Assembly (NCBI GenBank): GCA_964291335.2
Contig: OZ219748.1
Span: 683,711 to 747,710 of the forward strand
From: Dehalococcoidia bacterium
GTDB lineage: Bacteria; Chloroflexota; Dehalococcoidia; Lucifugimonadales; UBA3495
DNA: 64,000 nucleotides
Direction: 5' to 3'
Shown here: positions 51,423 to 59,363 of the stretch, in pieces
How positions within the stretch are numbered: the stretch's first letter is position 1
How the letters are laid out: each line of letters opens with the position of its first letter
Translations under genes and position numbers: made by a program
The notes under the pieces: model-generated
What the model was told of the DNA's origin: nothing
The model's input: the letters and a program-made list of their open reading frames with translations, nothing else
Database searches by the model: none

Positions 51423-54386
51423 TCAGGTTCCTTTCAAGTCGCGAAAAGAAACGTGGATGGTGGCATCAACCTGGTTATTCAGCTTTTCCAGCACGCCCGG
51501 AGCGATTTCCGGCGGCAGCTGAATATCGATATCGGCAATAGCGGCGCCGGCCTTATCCATAATCCGCCTGACCGAATTGGCGTAGTCCTTGAACTCGCTG
51601 GGCGTTGCCCCGATGATAGCCAGCTGGAGTTTGGCGTTCTGGGCCTTCAGGGTAATGGCAATGCCCTGGTCGCCGCCCTGGGCAATGCTGGCCACCTGGT
51701 CGGCCAGGACCGGGTTGGCCCCCTGAACTCGGCAGGAGGCCAGGGCAGCCCAATCGTGCCGGTGCTGCTCCGCGAACTCCCGGACCGCCTGCCAGGCGGC
51801 CCGGCCGGGCCTGGAGCCGCTGGTGAACTGCATCTGATGCTTCTCCTCGCGCACAACGTCGGGATCATCAGGCTTATTTGGTGGCGGAGGTGGGGGTGGG
51901 GGAGGGGGCGGCGGTTTTGGTTCAAACCCCTTCACCCAAACCCGCCAGCCAGCGTCGTAGCCGGCCGGGTTGATTTCGCCCTGGAGAGTTTTCAGGTGCA
52001 GGGCCTCGTTTCTGACGCCGTCGGCAAGCATGGCCTGCCAGACAGCCTGATTGAGGACGATGCGGAGTTGGGGGGTGCGGGCGAAATGTTCCCGCAGTTC
52101 CCCCAGGGTGGAACCCTTTTCGTTGGCGATGATGCTTATGCCGGCCCAGACGTCCTTGTGCAGGCCGGCGTTGTCCGACTTCAGGATTTGGTCGGCCAGG
52201 GCGCGGAAGATAGCGTCCTGCCCCTTGCCGACAGCGTCGGTCATGGATTCCAGGGCCCGATGTTCCAGGTGGGTATTGGCTTCGGGCCATTGATGCTGGA
52301 CGCTGTTGCCGGCGGAGAAGAGGTGGGTAAACTTGTTCTGAATTCCAACGGTGGCGTTCTTCTCGGCATTGGCGCGGACAGACTCCAGGGTATCCCGCCG
52401 GTGGGGAGCCAACGGCCCGGAAGGGTTTTTCAGCAGCCGGTCGGCGGCTTCCATCACGGCCAAATCTTCACGGATACCAGCAAGGTTGGCGTCATGGGCG
52501 GCCAGCAGCAGGGCGTTGTTGGGGTACTGCCGGGCGGCGCTGCCATTGTTGGCGCTGCTGTGGCGGTGCAGCTCCAGCAGTTCCTCGTTCTGCATGCCGT
52601 TGCCGGCATTGCCGGCGTCCGTCCAGTTCCAGTGTTCCGGGTTGATGATGCCCAGCGCCGCCTGGCGCGGGTCATCCGGCAGGTTGGACTCCCGGGAGGG
52701 GAATAGGACGATTTCCAGCCGGTCTGCCTGGCGGCTGTTCCCCCCGTAAGCGCTTCTGACGGCGTTCTGAAACAAGCCGGCCATAACGTCAGAACCGGAG
52801 CGGATAGCGTCTTTAGCGGCAATCAGCTCCTTCATTACGTTGGCCTCTTTGTTGAACCGTTTCCGCTGCGTATCGAGGCTGTCATCCAGGTAGATTGCCT
52901 GGCTGAGGAACCGCTTTACCGCCTCGACGATGACGCCAAAGTCGTCGTTCCGGGGCGAGAGCAGGGCTTCGGCGATTTCGTCGGCATAGAGGCCGCTGCT
53001 GCTGTCGGGGGCGATGCTGCCCAGCAGCATGGTCACGGCGACCGGCCCGGCCAGGCTGTCGTTGGTTCTGCCGACGGCGCTGTTCGGGGCCAGGATGTCG
53101 GATTCAATTGCCGGGTCCAGCATCGCAAACCCCTGCCGGTTGATTAGTTCATCCCGAATGGCCGGCGCTTCAGGGGTAACGTGGCAGGGGTGGACCAGGA
53201 AGGCCTGGGGGTCCCGGTTTTGTATCTCCAGCAGGGTATTTACCATCAGCCGCAGGGTGCCCCGAACCCTCTGAAAGTTGGTGTTGGCCGACATTTTGTC
53301 GGTGATGATGCCGATAAGGGCCGGGTGAAAGGGGTAGGCGTCATAGAAGGCCTGGTAGTTCAGCCTCTCCCCGGAGCGCCCGTTGCGGCCGGCGATACCG
53401 GCGTAGGCGTGGGCGGTGTTTTGCCGGGCGGTTTGGTCGATGCTGCGGAACAGCCGCTTGCGCAGAATCTCCGGCAGGTCGCTGGCTCCGGAGGGCGCCA
53501 AAGGGCGGTTATACCGCGCCAGCTGGGAGTTGATTCGCTCCAGCATTTCGGTAACCTGAATAACCCGAAAGGCATCCGGCGGGGATTTCCGCTCTTCATC
53601 CGCACAGGGTTTCAGCTCTTCGTGGGAATCCTCCGGGGAGGTGATAACCAGCGCAGCGTTGGGGCAGCTGGCCACCGCGTCGGCGATGGCGCTGATTGTG
53701 GTCAGCACCCCTTCCCTGCTGGCCCCGGAATTAGCGTCAGCATACTGGTTGACCCGGCTGATGTATTGCACCAGCTCATCGATGACAATCAGGGTTGGCT
53801 CGTCGCCAATCAGCCGCTGCAAGGTTCCAGCGCCCGGGTCAAGCAAGTTCCGGTCGGCCCCGCCCTCGACAAAGGCCTGATATTCCCGTCGGCTGGACGG
53901 GTTGCCCAACTCGTAAAGCAGGAAACCGGCCAGGCTGTAAGCCCGGCTGCCATCCCCTCTCAGTTCCGCTCCGGTGGCTACGTTATGCTTGGCGCCGTCG
54001 AAGGCCACCACCCGGGCGGCAGTCGGGGCGATCCCGGCAACGCTGCGCCACCAGGGGAGTTCCGGGTGCCTGGCAGCGGCGGCCAGCAGCAGCAGGCTGT
54101 GGGTCTTGCCGCCGCCGTAGCGGTTATACAGTTGATAGACTGACGGGCTGGTGGCGGTATGTTCCCGGTTCAGCCGGGCGGTTGCCATCCGGAGAAAATC
54201 GGCGGTTGCCCTGGTAAGAAAGGTGCTGTCCAGGAATTCAGCAGCAGATTGCGGAGTAGCCAGTTCCCGCTCCAGGCCGTCAGTCAGGTCGGCGGCGTAC
54301 TGGTCGCCGGCTATCTGCACATCCCGGGTAGGACAGGCCGTCAACAGAGGCGTTAAATCAGCCATCAAGACATTTCCTCCTGCCAT
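51423..54386 (-). CDS. DUF499-type AAA/P-loop ATPase (ATPase component of the Hma-type system)
   Basis: 987 aa. Walker A YNRYGGGKTHSLLLL and Walker B LIVIDELVQY. A run of 12 prolines (DNA 51879-51914) separates the body from a C-terminal domain. Confidence 0.8.
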   Translation of the reverse strand: MAGGNVLMADLTPLLTACPTRDVQIAGDQYAADLTDGLERELATPQSAAEFLDSTFLTRATADFLRMATARLNREHTATSPSVYQLYNRYGGGKTHSLLLLAAAARHPELPWWRSVAGIAPTAARVVAFDGAKHNVATGAELRGDGSRAYSLAGFLLYELGNPSSRREYQAFVEGGADRNLLDPGAGTLQRLIGDEPTLIVIDELVQYISRVNQYADANSGASREGVLTTISAIADAVASCPNAALVITSPEDSHEELKPCADEERKSPPDAFRVIQVTEMLERINSQLARYNRPLAPSGASDLPEILRKRLFRSIDQTARQNTAHAYAGIAGRNGRSGERLNYQAFYDAYPFHPALIGIITDKMSANTNFQRVRGTLRLMVNTLLEIQNRDPQAFLVHPCHVTPEAPAIRDELINRQGFAMLDPAIESDILAPNSAVGRTNDSLAGPVAVTMLLGSIAPDSSSGLYADEIAEALLSPRNDDFGVIVEAVKRFLSQAIYLDDSLDTQRKRFNKEANVMKELIAAKDAIRSGSDVMAGLFQNAVRSAYGGNSRQADRLEIVLFPSRESNLPDDPRQAALGIINPEHWNWTDAGNAGNGMQNEELLELHRHSSANNGSAARQYPNNALLLAAHDANLAGIREDLAVMEAADRLLKNPSGPLAPHRRDTLESVRANAEKNATVGIQNKFTHLFSAGNSVQHQWPEANTHLEHRALESMTDAVGKGQDAIFRALADQILKSDNAGLHKDVWAGISIIANEKGSTLGELREHFARTPQLRIVLNQAVWQAMLADGVRNEALHLKTLQGEINPAGYDAGWRVWVKGFEPKPPPPPPPPPPPPNKPDDPDVVREEKHQMQFTSGSRPGRAAWQAVREFAEQHRHDWAALASCRVQGANPVLADQVASIAQGGDQGIAITLKAQNAKLQLAIIGATPSEFKDYANSVRRIMDKAGAAIADIDIQLPPEIAPGVLEKLNNQVDATIHVSFRDLKGT

Positions 54387-54720
54387 TTGTTTCAGTGATG
54401 ATGCTCCTCTGCCAGTTTTTGCACCAATATGTTATACATCGGATCGGGAAAATGCGCTACAAGCGGGGGCCGATTGCCGGCCAAGGCAATATTGGCGGAC
54501 ATTATGCCGAACCGGTTGCCGGAATCACCATCCGCAAACCCCGTTGCGGCCGCGCTGAAGCCGGTCGCGGGCCGAATTGGCCCCAAACCTTCGGGGGTTA
54601 TCCGATATACGCAACGGGGTACGGGCCGGCGGCAATGCTGGCGCAGACGCCGGCGTCCACAGTGGCGCGCGCGGTTTTCGGCAGCTTCGGGCTGCCTGGC
54701 ACGGGGTTCTTCGGCAGCAA

Positions 54721-55425
54721 TCAGGTTTCCCGGAGACGCCGAAGCTCTGCCTCCAGTTCCATTACCCGCTGCTCTGCTTGCGTCCGCCTATGTTCCGCCT
54801 CAATGCGGCGCTGCTCTGCTGCTGCCAGGCTGATGATTGGTTGGTTGGTCTGCGGGTCATACCAGAGCAGCCGGCCCTGTTCCCACCGCAGAAACAGGTT
54901 AAGGGCTTCGCTGTAACCCTGGTATATCCCTTCCGCCAGTTGGCGCACCGGCATCGGCTGGTAGGCGCTTCCCGTCAGCCGGTCGCCGGCCAGTTTAACC
55001 AGGTTGGGGGAATCGGTTTGGTCGAAGCGCCAGTATTCCCGAACCCGGAGTCGGGCGTAGAACTCCCGCTTGACGGTGTTGTCCACCGCTCTGGTGGAAG
55101 GGGAGGCGATTTCCAGTACGAAGTCCGGCGGTTTTCCCTGTTCGGAAACGATATAGCCGTTGTTCCGTTCATAGAGTTCCGGGTCGGCATTGAAGGCAAC
55201 CAGCAGGTCCGGCACCCGGTGGCCCGGCCCAGGCCCGCGGCGGTCCATTACCAGGTAACGTTCCGCTTTGACAACGGTTGATTCCGGGCTGCCGAGGTGG
55301 TATTTAAGGGCGTGCATGCTGCCGGTTTCGGCCAGATGTTCGGCGCTGGTCATATCCTCAGGCGCTTTCTCCGGTGGGTAGGGTAGCTGGATGGTTTGGG
55401 CTGTATTGGTGTAGGGAAGGTTCAT
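54721..55425 (-). CDS. Uma2-family (DUF820) PD-(D/E)XK endonuclease with a coiled-coil tail
   Basis: PDLLVAF...PDFVLEIASPST...K...YARLRVREYW core, with C-terminal AEQRRIEAEHRRTQAEQRVMELEAELRRL. The start is taken at MNLPY (55425); the longer tracked ORF runs into the IS remnant. Confidence 0.8.
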   Translation of the reverse strand: MNLPYTNTAQTIQLPYPPEKAPEDMTSAEHLAETGSMHALKYHLGSPESTVVKAERYLVMDRRGPGPGHRVPDLLVAFNADPELYERNNGYIVSEQGKPPDFVLEIASPSTRAVDNTVKREFYARLRVREYWRFDQTDSPNLVKLAGDRLTGSAYQPMPVRQLAEGIYQGYSEALNLFLRWEQGRLLWYDPQTNQPIISLAAAEQRRIEAEHRRTQAEQRVMELEAELRRLRET

Positions 55426-55498
55426 GACTTCCTCGACGGCAGGCTTTCCGGTCATTGTAACTGTCAACGGCGGCGTTGTTAAGCCGGTGGGGTACTCG

Positions 55499-56063
55499 GT
55501 ATTTCCAACGTGCGTTGGTGTAGGTGTATATATAGAGCCATCAGGGAAATCAGACCGCCGGGAGGCAGCAACCGGGCCAACCTGGAGCATACAGTCCCGG
55601 TATGCAATCCCCCCGCTGCGGCGCCAACCGGCTCACCCAATACGGCCATTCCCGCGGCAAGCAGACTTATCGCTGCGGCCAGCGCCAATACCACTTCGTC
55701 CCGGGAACCGGGCGTCCCCACCAGCCGAGGCAGCTCAAGGCCCAGGCCGTAGCGCGGTACGCCGAAGGCAGCAGCATGGCCGCCAGCAGCCGGCTCCTGG
55801 GCAGCAAGGAAGGAACCCTGGCCAGCCAGCGGGCGGTCAAAGCGGCGGCCGTGCCGGCTCCTGGGCAGCAAGGAAGCAAGGAAGGAACCGTCTATTCACG
55901 GGTTAAAAAAGCCCGTCAGGCCCGGGAGTTGCTGAAGCTGCTACGGAAGCGGCGGCAGGAGCGGCGGCCCGGTCAACCCCGGCCCGCGGATGCTGGGGGG
56001 TTCCATTGCGTTCGTCTGCCGGCGGTTGGGCTTGATTTAATGCCAATACCCGTTGGGAATACC
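55499..56063 (+). mobile_element. Second, internally deleted IS1-family remnant (same family and orientation as 28-866)
   Basis: Left end ggtatttccaacgtgcgttgg (55499-55519, 18/21 identical to copy 1). Right end ccaatacccgttgggaatacc (56043-56063). It carries InsA-like MQSPRCGANRL...KQTYRCGQRQYHF...KEGTVYSRVKK with an internal duplication; the InsB part is missing. Confidence 0.75.
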
Positions 56064-56078
56064 CATGTCAAGGTAGCC

Positions 56079-56124
56079 TTGACAGCCCAGGTTGGCTTTG
56101 CTATCTTAATAAGAACATAAGTTT
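56079..56124 (+). promoter_or_regulatory. lexA promoter with Cheo-type SOS box
   Basis: TTGACA (56079-56084), 17-nt spacer, TATCTT (56102-56107), then GAACATAAGTTT (56113-56124). The box matches GAAC-N4-GTTC with one mismatch and lies 13 nt before the lexA ATG. Confidence 0.55.
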
Positions 56125-56136
56125 TAAGGGTGAGCT

Positions 56137-56790
56137 ATGCCATCGAAGAAAGAAATGCCGGCCCGTAGAAGAAGAATTCTGGAGTTTATACAGGCCTTCA
56201 TCCAGGAGAACGGGTTGCCGCCTACGGTTAGAGACATCCAGAAAGCCTGTGAAATCAGCTCCACATCGGTAGTGGACTACAATCTTCGTTTGCTGGACCG
56301 GGAAGGCTATTTGAACCGCCGTCCCGACGTTGCCAGAGGCATTGAGTTGCTGGACCAATCCGGTAATCCAGTAGGAGCAGTGCCACGGGTGCAGGTTGTA
56401 GGCCGCATTGCCGCCGGGGCGCCTTTGCCGGCCTTCTCCGCTGAAGGCAATGCAGCCAGCCAGGAATTCGATACCGTAGAAGTGTCGCCGGAATTGCCCC
56501 GTCGCTTTGGTCAGCTCTACGCCCTGGAAGTGCGGGGGCAATCTATGATCGATGCTCTGATTGATGATGGCGACATGGTCATTGTGCAGCCGGCACGGCG
56601 GGCTGAACTGGGAGAAATGGTAGTGGCCTGGCTCAAGAAAGAAGAAGAGGCCACGCTGAAGAAATACTACCCGGAAGGCGGTCAGATACGCCTCCAGCCA
56701 GCCAACAGTAATATGCAGCCCATCTACAGCGCTGCCGATAACGTGGAAATACGCGGCAAGGTAGTTGGTGTCATTCGCAAGTTTGCCTAG
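56137..56790 (+). CDS. lexA: LexA repressor (SOS regulator, S24 autopeptidase)
   Basis: Winged-helix N-terminus (ILEFIQAFIQENGLPPTVRDIQKA), cleavage-site region VVGRIAAGAPL, catalytic Ser in GQSMIDA, and Lys in ATLKKYY. Confidence 0.93.
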   Translation: MPSKKEMPARRRRILEFIQAFIQENGLPPTVRDIQKACEISSTSVVDYNLRLLDREGYLNRRPDVARGIELLDQSGNPVGAVPRVQVVGRIAAGAPLPAFSAEGNAASQEFDTVEVSPELPRRFGQLYALEVRGQSMIDALIDDGDMVIVQPARRAELGEMVVAWLKKEEEATLKKYYPEGGQIRLQPANSNMQPIYSAADNVEIRGKVVGVIRKFA

Positions 56791-56906
56791 CCGTTCCCTA
56801 CGCTGACCGGAAAGCCGGCAGACCAGGGCTTGGCGAATTTGGGGGGAAGAGCCGGGGAAGCAGAAGCTTATCAGGCAACGTTTGCCGGAAGCCGGGCCGC
56901 CCCGGT

Positions 56907-57125
56907 TCAGCGGCGGCTGTTGACCAACGCACCGTAGGTTGCCACCAGGAAGGGAACACAATAAGTCAAAGGTATTTTCCAGTAGAACGCGCTACTCCAT
57001 TGGCCGGTCAGCAGAACATCGCCCTGGTTCAGCAGGGTCAGAATAGTGCCAACTACCAGCGAGGCGATGAATGATCGTTTCAGCAGGGGCCAATGCAATA
57101 GAGAGCATCTGATGCATTTTACCAT
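56907..57125 (-). CDS. Small two-TM membrane protein, NrtS-like (putative nitrate/nitrite transporter family)
   Basis: LLKRSFIASLVVGTILTLLNQGDVLL...KIPLTYCVPFLVATYGAL. The start is taken at the internal Met (57125); the tracked ORF extends to 57320. Confidence 0.5.
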   Translation of the reverse strand: MVKCIRCSLLHWPLLKRSFIASLVVGTILTLLNQGDVLLTGQWSSAFYWKIPLTYCVPFLVATYGALVNSRR

Positions 57126-57486
57126 TTCACCGGTCGGGCGCAATGACCGGTCAGGCCCCTGGTTACCCGAGGCAGGGTTGACGGTACTGAAAGAAAAGGA
57201 AAGGCGTCGGCTTACGTCTTTGTTGCAGCGTTGGCAAGAGGCATTTGGAGCGGCTCCCATTCCTGCATAAACCATCGACCATACCTGACCTGAAGGCGTT
57301 TGGCCTCTTGGCATTGCCATTGTTAAGCATAAGGGGCGGGACTTCTGTTGAAAAAGCTGCGCCCCTTCTAAAAGTTCACCAGGAACATACGTGGCAGTTC
57401 AGCGTTTCACATCAGTTTTCCAGTTGTTGAAAAGCAGCTAATTCGCAGCCGTTGCTGGGGCCCTGGCTTATGGATCCCGTACAAAC

Positions 57487-57630
57487 CTAGCTGGATTTGC
57501 CGATGCGAAATACCTTGGTTCCGCATTCCGGACAAGTGCCTCGGGTGGCCGGCCGCCCGTTTTTCAGCACTACCTCTTCCGGGTTGCTAATCTCATGCTT
57601 GCTCCGACACTTGAAGCAATAAGCCTCCAT
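57487..57630 (-). CDS. Small zinc-ribbon protein (DUF5679-like), 47 aa
   Basis: Hand translation gives MEAYCFKCRSKHEISNPEEVVLKNGRPATRGTCPECGTKVFRIGKSS. The GGAGG RBS lies 8 nt upstream. It is a paralogue of 34920-35057. Confidence 0.65.
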   Translation of the reverse strand: MEAYCFKCRSKHEISNPEEVVLKNGRPATRGTCPECGTKVFRIGKSS

Positions 57631-57772
57631 CCCTACTATCCTCCATTACTGTTTTCTGAATTCCTTGAACGACCGGCGGGTTTCCAGTTTCAGAGAAGCT
57701 GAATGTCGCTTGCCGAGATACTCGAAGCGCCTGTGCCAGTTCAACGGAAACAAGAACTTCAAGCGTTTATGT

Positions 57773-57800
57773 AATATACATACAGGCAATGTTTTGTCAA
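57773..57800 (-). promoter_or_regulatory. Possible sigma70-like promoter reading toward the DUF5679-like gene
   Basis: On the minus strand: TTGACA (57800-57795), 16-nt spacer, TATATT (57778-57773). This would give a 5' UTR of about 140 nt. Confidence 0.3.
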
Positions 57801-57815
57801 GTTAATCTTGAGCCA

Positions 57816-57866
57816 GGTATTCCCAATGGGTGTTGGCGTTAAATCAAGCCCTGCCGCCGGCAGACC
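57816..57866 (-). mobile_element. Solo right-end fragment of the IS1-family element (inverted orientation)
   Basis: ggtattcccaatgggtgttggcgttaaatcaagccctgccgccggcagacc is the near reverse complement of copy-1 positions ~816-866 (ggtctgcctgcggctgggcttgatttaacaccaacgcgcattgggaatac). Confidence 0.7.
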
Positions 57867-57878
57867 ATGGGCGAAATA

Positions 57879-58865
57879 TTACTGGCAGGGAATAGCATCA
57901 GCGGCGAAGGGTGAAGGCGATTCCAGGTCAAAAACCTTAATCGGCTGCCAGGCATTGGTGGCTGGGTCATGTTTGACCAGGGCTAAAAATCTCCCTTCCG
58001 AATTGTAAGCGCGGAAACGCTCCAGGTAGCCGGCATCCAGTGACATACGACCGGCGCTGATGCTCTGCCCATGCCGCAGGCTTTCCTCGCCGTGGCGGTT
58101 AACCCGAATGGCTTTCAGGCTGCGCAATGGAACGTCCACAGACAGAAGATATTGCTGCCAACCGTCGGGTTCAGCGGCAGCGGCCTCCAGGGCTTCCAGG
58201 GTTACGCCGTCCGCGGCGCTGAAGCCGCCGCACAACCGGCGCTCCAGGTCGGTAACGTAAGCGCCGCAGCCCAGGGCAAGACCCAGGTCGTGGGCCAGGG
58301 AGCGCATATACACGCCACGTCCGCACTCTACTTCCAGAGTTACTGAAGGCACGGCAAATTCCGTTATACGGATGTCGAAAATCTCTACTTCCCGAGCTTC
58401 CCGTTCCACTTCCATACCAGCGCGGGCCAGCTTGTAAAGACGTTGGCCCTTTACCTTTACGGCGCTGTACATAGGGGGTTGCTGCCAGATAACGCCAACA
58501 AAGGGCTTCAGGGCTTGTGCCAGCAAGTCTGTAGTTATCCCGCCCGGGTCGCCAGCTTCGGTAATTTCCCCTTCCGAATCATAGGTAACGCTCGTTGCCC
58601 CCAAGCGCATCTCAAGCAGGTAACGTTTGGTTCCGTCCACGATGTAATCCATCAAACGGGTGGCCTGGCCAAAGCAGATGGGCAGCACACCCCGGGCCAG
58701 GGGATCCATCGTTCCGCCATGCCCCACCTTCTGCCTTTGACCGGTGATGCGCTTGATTTGGCGCAGGGCTTCCATAGAGGTGATGCCGGCCGGCTTGTAG
58801 AAGTTGAGGAATCCGTTGACCTTCAGGGCGGCTTCTTTCGGGTTATTCCGTCTGTCGCGGGGCAT
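57879..58865 (-). CDS. truB: tRNA pseudouridine(55) synthase
   Basis: GFLNFYKPAGITS...VGHGGTMDPLARGVLPICFG (catalytic Asp motif) plus a C-terminal PUA-like region. Confidence 0.93.
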   Translation of the reverse strand: MPRDRRNNPKEAALKVNGFLNFYKPAGITSMEALRQIKRITGQRQKVGHGGTMDPLARGVLPICFGQATRLMDYIVDGTKRYLLEMRLGATSVTYDSEGEITEAGDPGGITTDLLAQALKPFVGVIWQQPPMYSAVKVKGQRLYKLARAGMEVEREAREVEIFDIRITEFAVPSVTLEVECGRGVYMRSLAHDLGLALGCGAYVTDLERRLCGGFSAADGVTLEALEAAAAEPDGWQQYLLSVDVPLRSLKAIRVNRHGEESLRHGQSISAGRMSLDAGYLERFRAYNSEGRFLALVKHDPATNAWQPIKVFDLESPSPFAADAIPCQ

Positions 58866-58871
58866 CGCTTT

Positions 58872-59288
58872 TCACCTGACCGGCGGAAAGGCCGGCGGAC
58901 CCGGGCAATCGGAACGCCCTTCGCCGGGCCTGGGGCCGGCCTCGGATACCGCATGCAAGTCGTTCATAATGCGCAGTACCGCATCGGCAGTTTCCATAGA
59001 ATCATCCAGGTGGAAACTGAAGAACGGCACGTAGCGCAGTTTAAGGCGGTCTCGCAGCTCGCGGCGCAGGTAGGCCGCCGCCGACTGAATCCCTTCCAGA
59101 GCGGTCTCCCTGGTTTCAGCATCCCCCATTACGCTGACGAATACTCGCGCATTGCGCAAGTCGCTGGAAGTTTTGACCTGCGTAATGCTGATAACGCCCT
59201 GAAGCCGGGGATCTTTAATTTGCCGGGACAAGAGCAGGCTTATTTCTTCACGCAACAAGCCGTTTATGCGGTCAGTACGCCTGGACAT
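58872..59288 (-). CDS. rbfA: Ribosome-binding factor A
   Basis: RTDRINGLLREEISLLLSRQIKDPRL...ITQVKTSSDLRNARVFVS is the RbfA signature. It carries a Pro/Gly-rich C-terminal extension. Confidence 0.9.
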   Translation of the reverse strand: MSRRTDRINGLLREEISLLLSRQIKDPRLQGVISITQVKTSSDLRNARVFVSVMGDAETRETALEGIQSAAAYLRRELRDRLKLRYVPFFSFHLDDSMETADAVLRIMNDLHAVSEAGPRPGEGRSDCPGPPAFPPVR

Positions 59289-59363
59289 AGGTGTACCCTC
59301 GGTAATGATGGAATGTCGGAAGATGATACGGCCGGCAGCGCTAACCGGCAGGGTTTCTGGCTT

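Noticed and set aside
54392-54586. 64-aa minus-strand ORF ending 5 nt before the DUF499 ATPase start (possible seventh operon gene)
   Set aside because: It has only a TTG or a late ATG start, no RBS and Gly/Ala/Pro/Arg-rich upstream composition. The open frame seems to be a by-product of GC-rich intergenic DNA. It might be real but I cannot support it.
28-56063. Composite transposon formed by the two same-orientation IS1-family copies
   Set aside because: Both copies are decayed and no target-site duplication is visible at copy 1. The enclosed DNA includes core housekeeping genes (pepN, metH). More likely these are independent old insertions.
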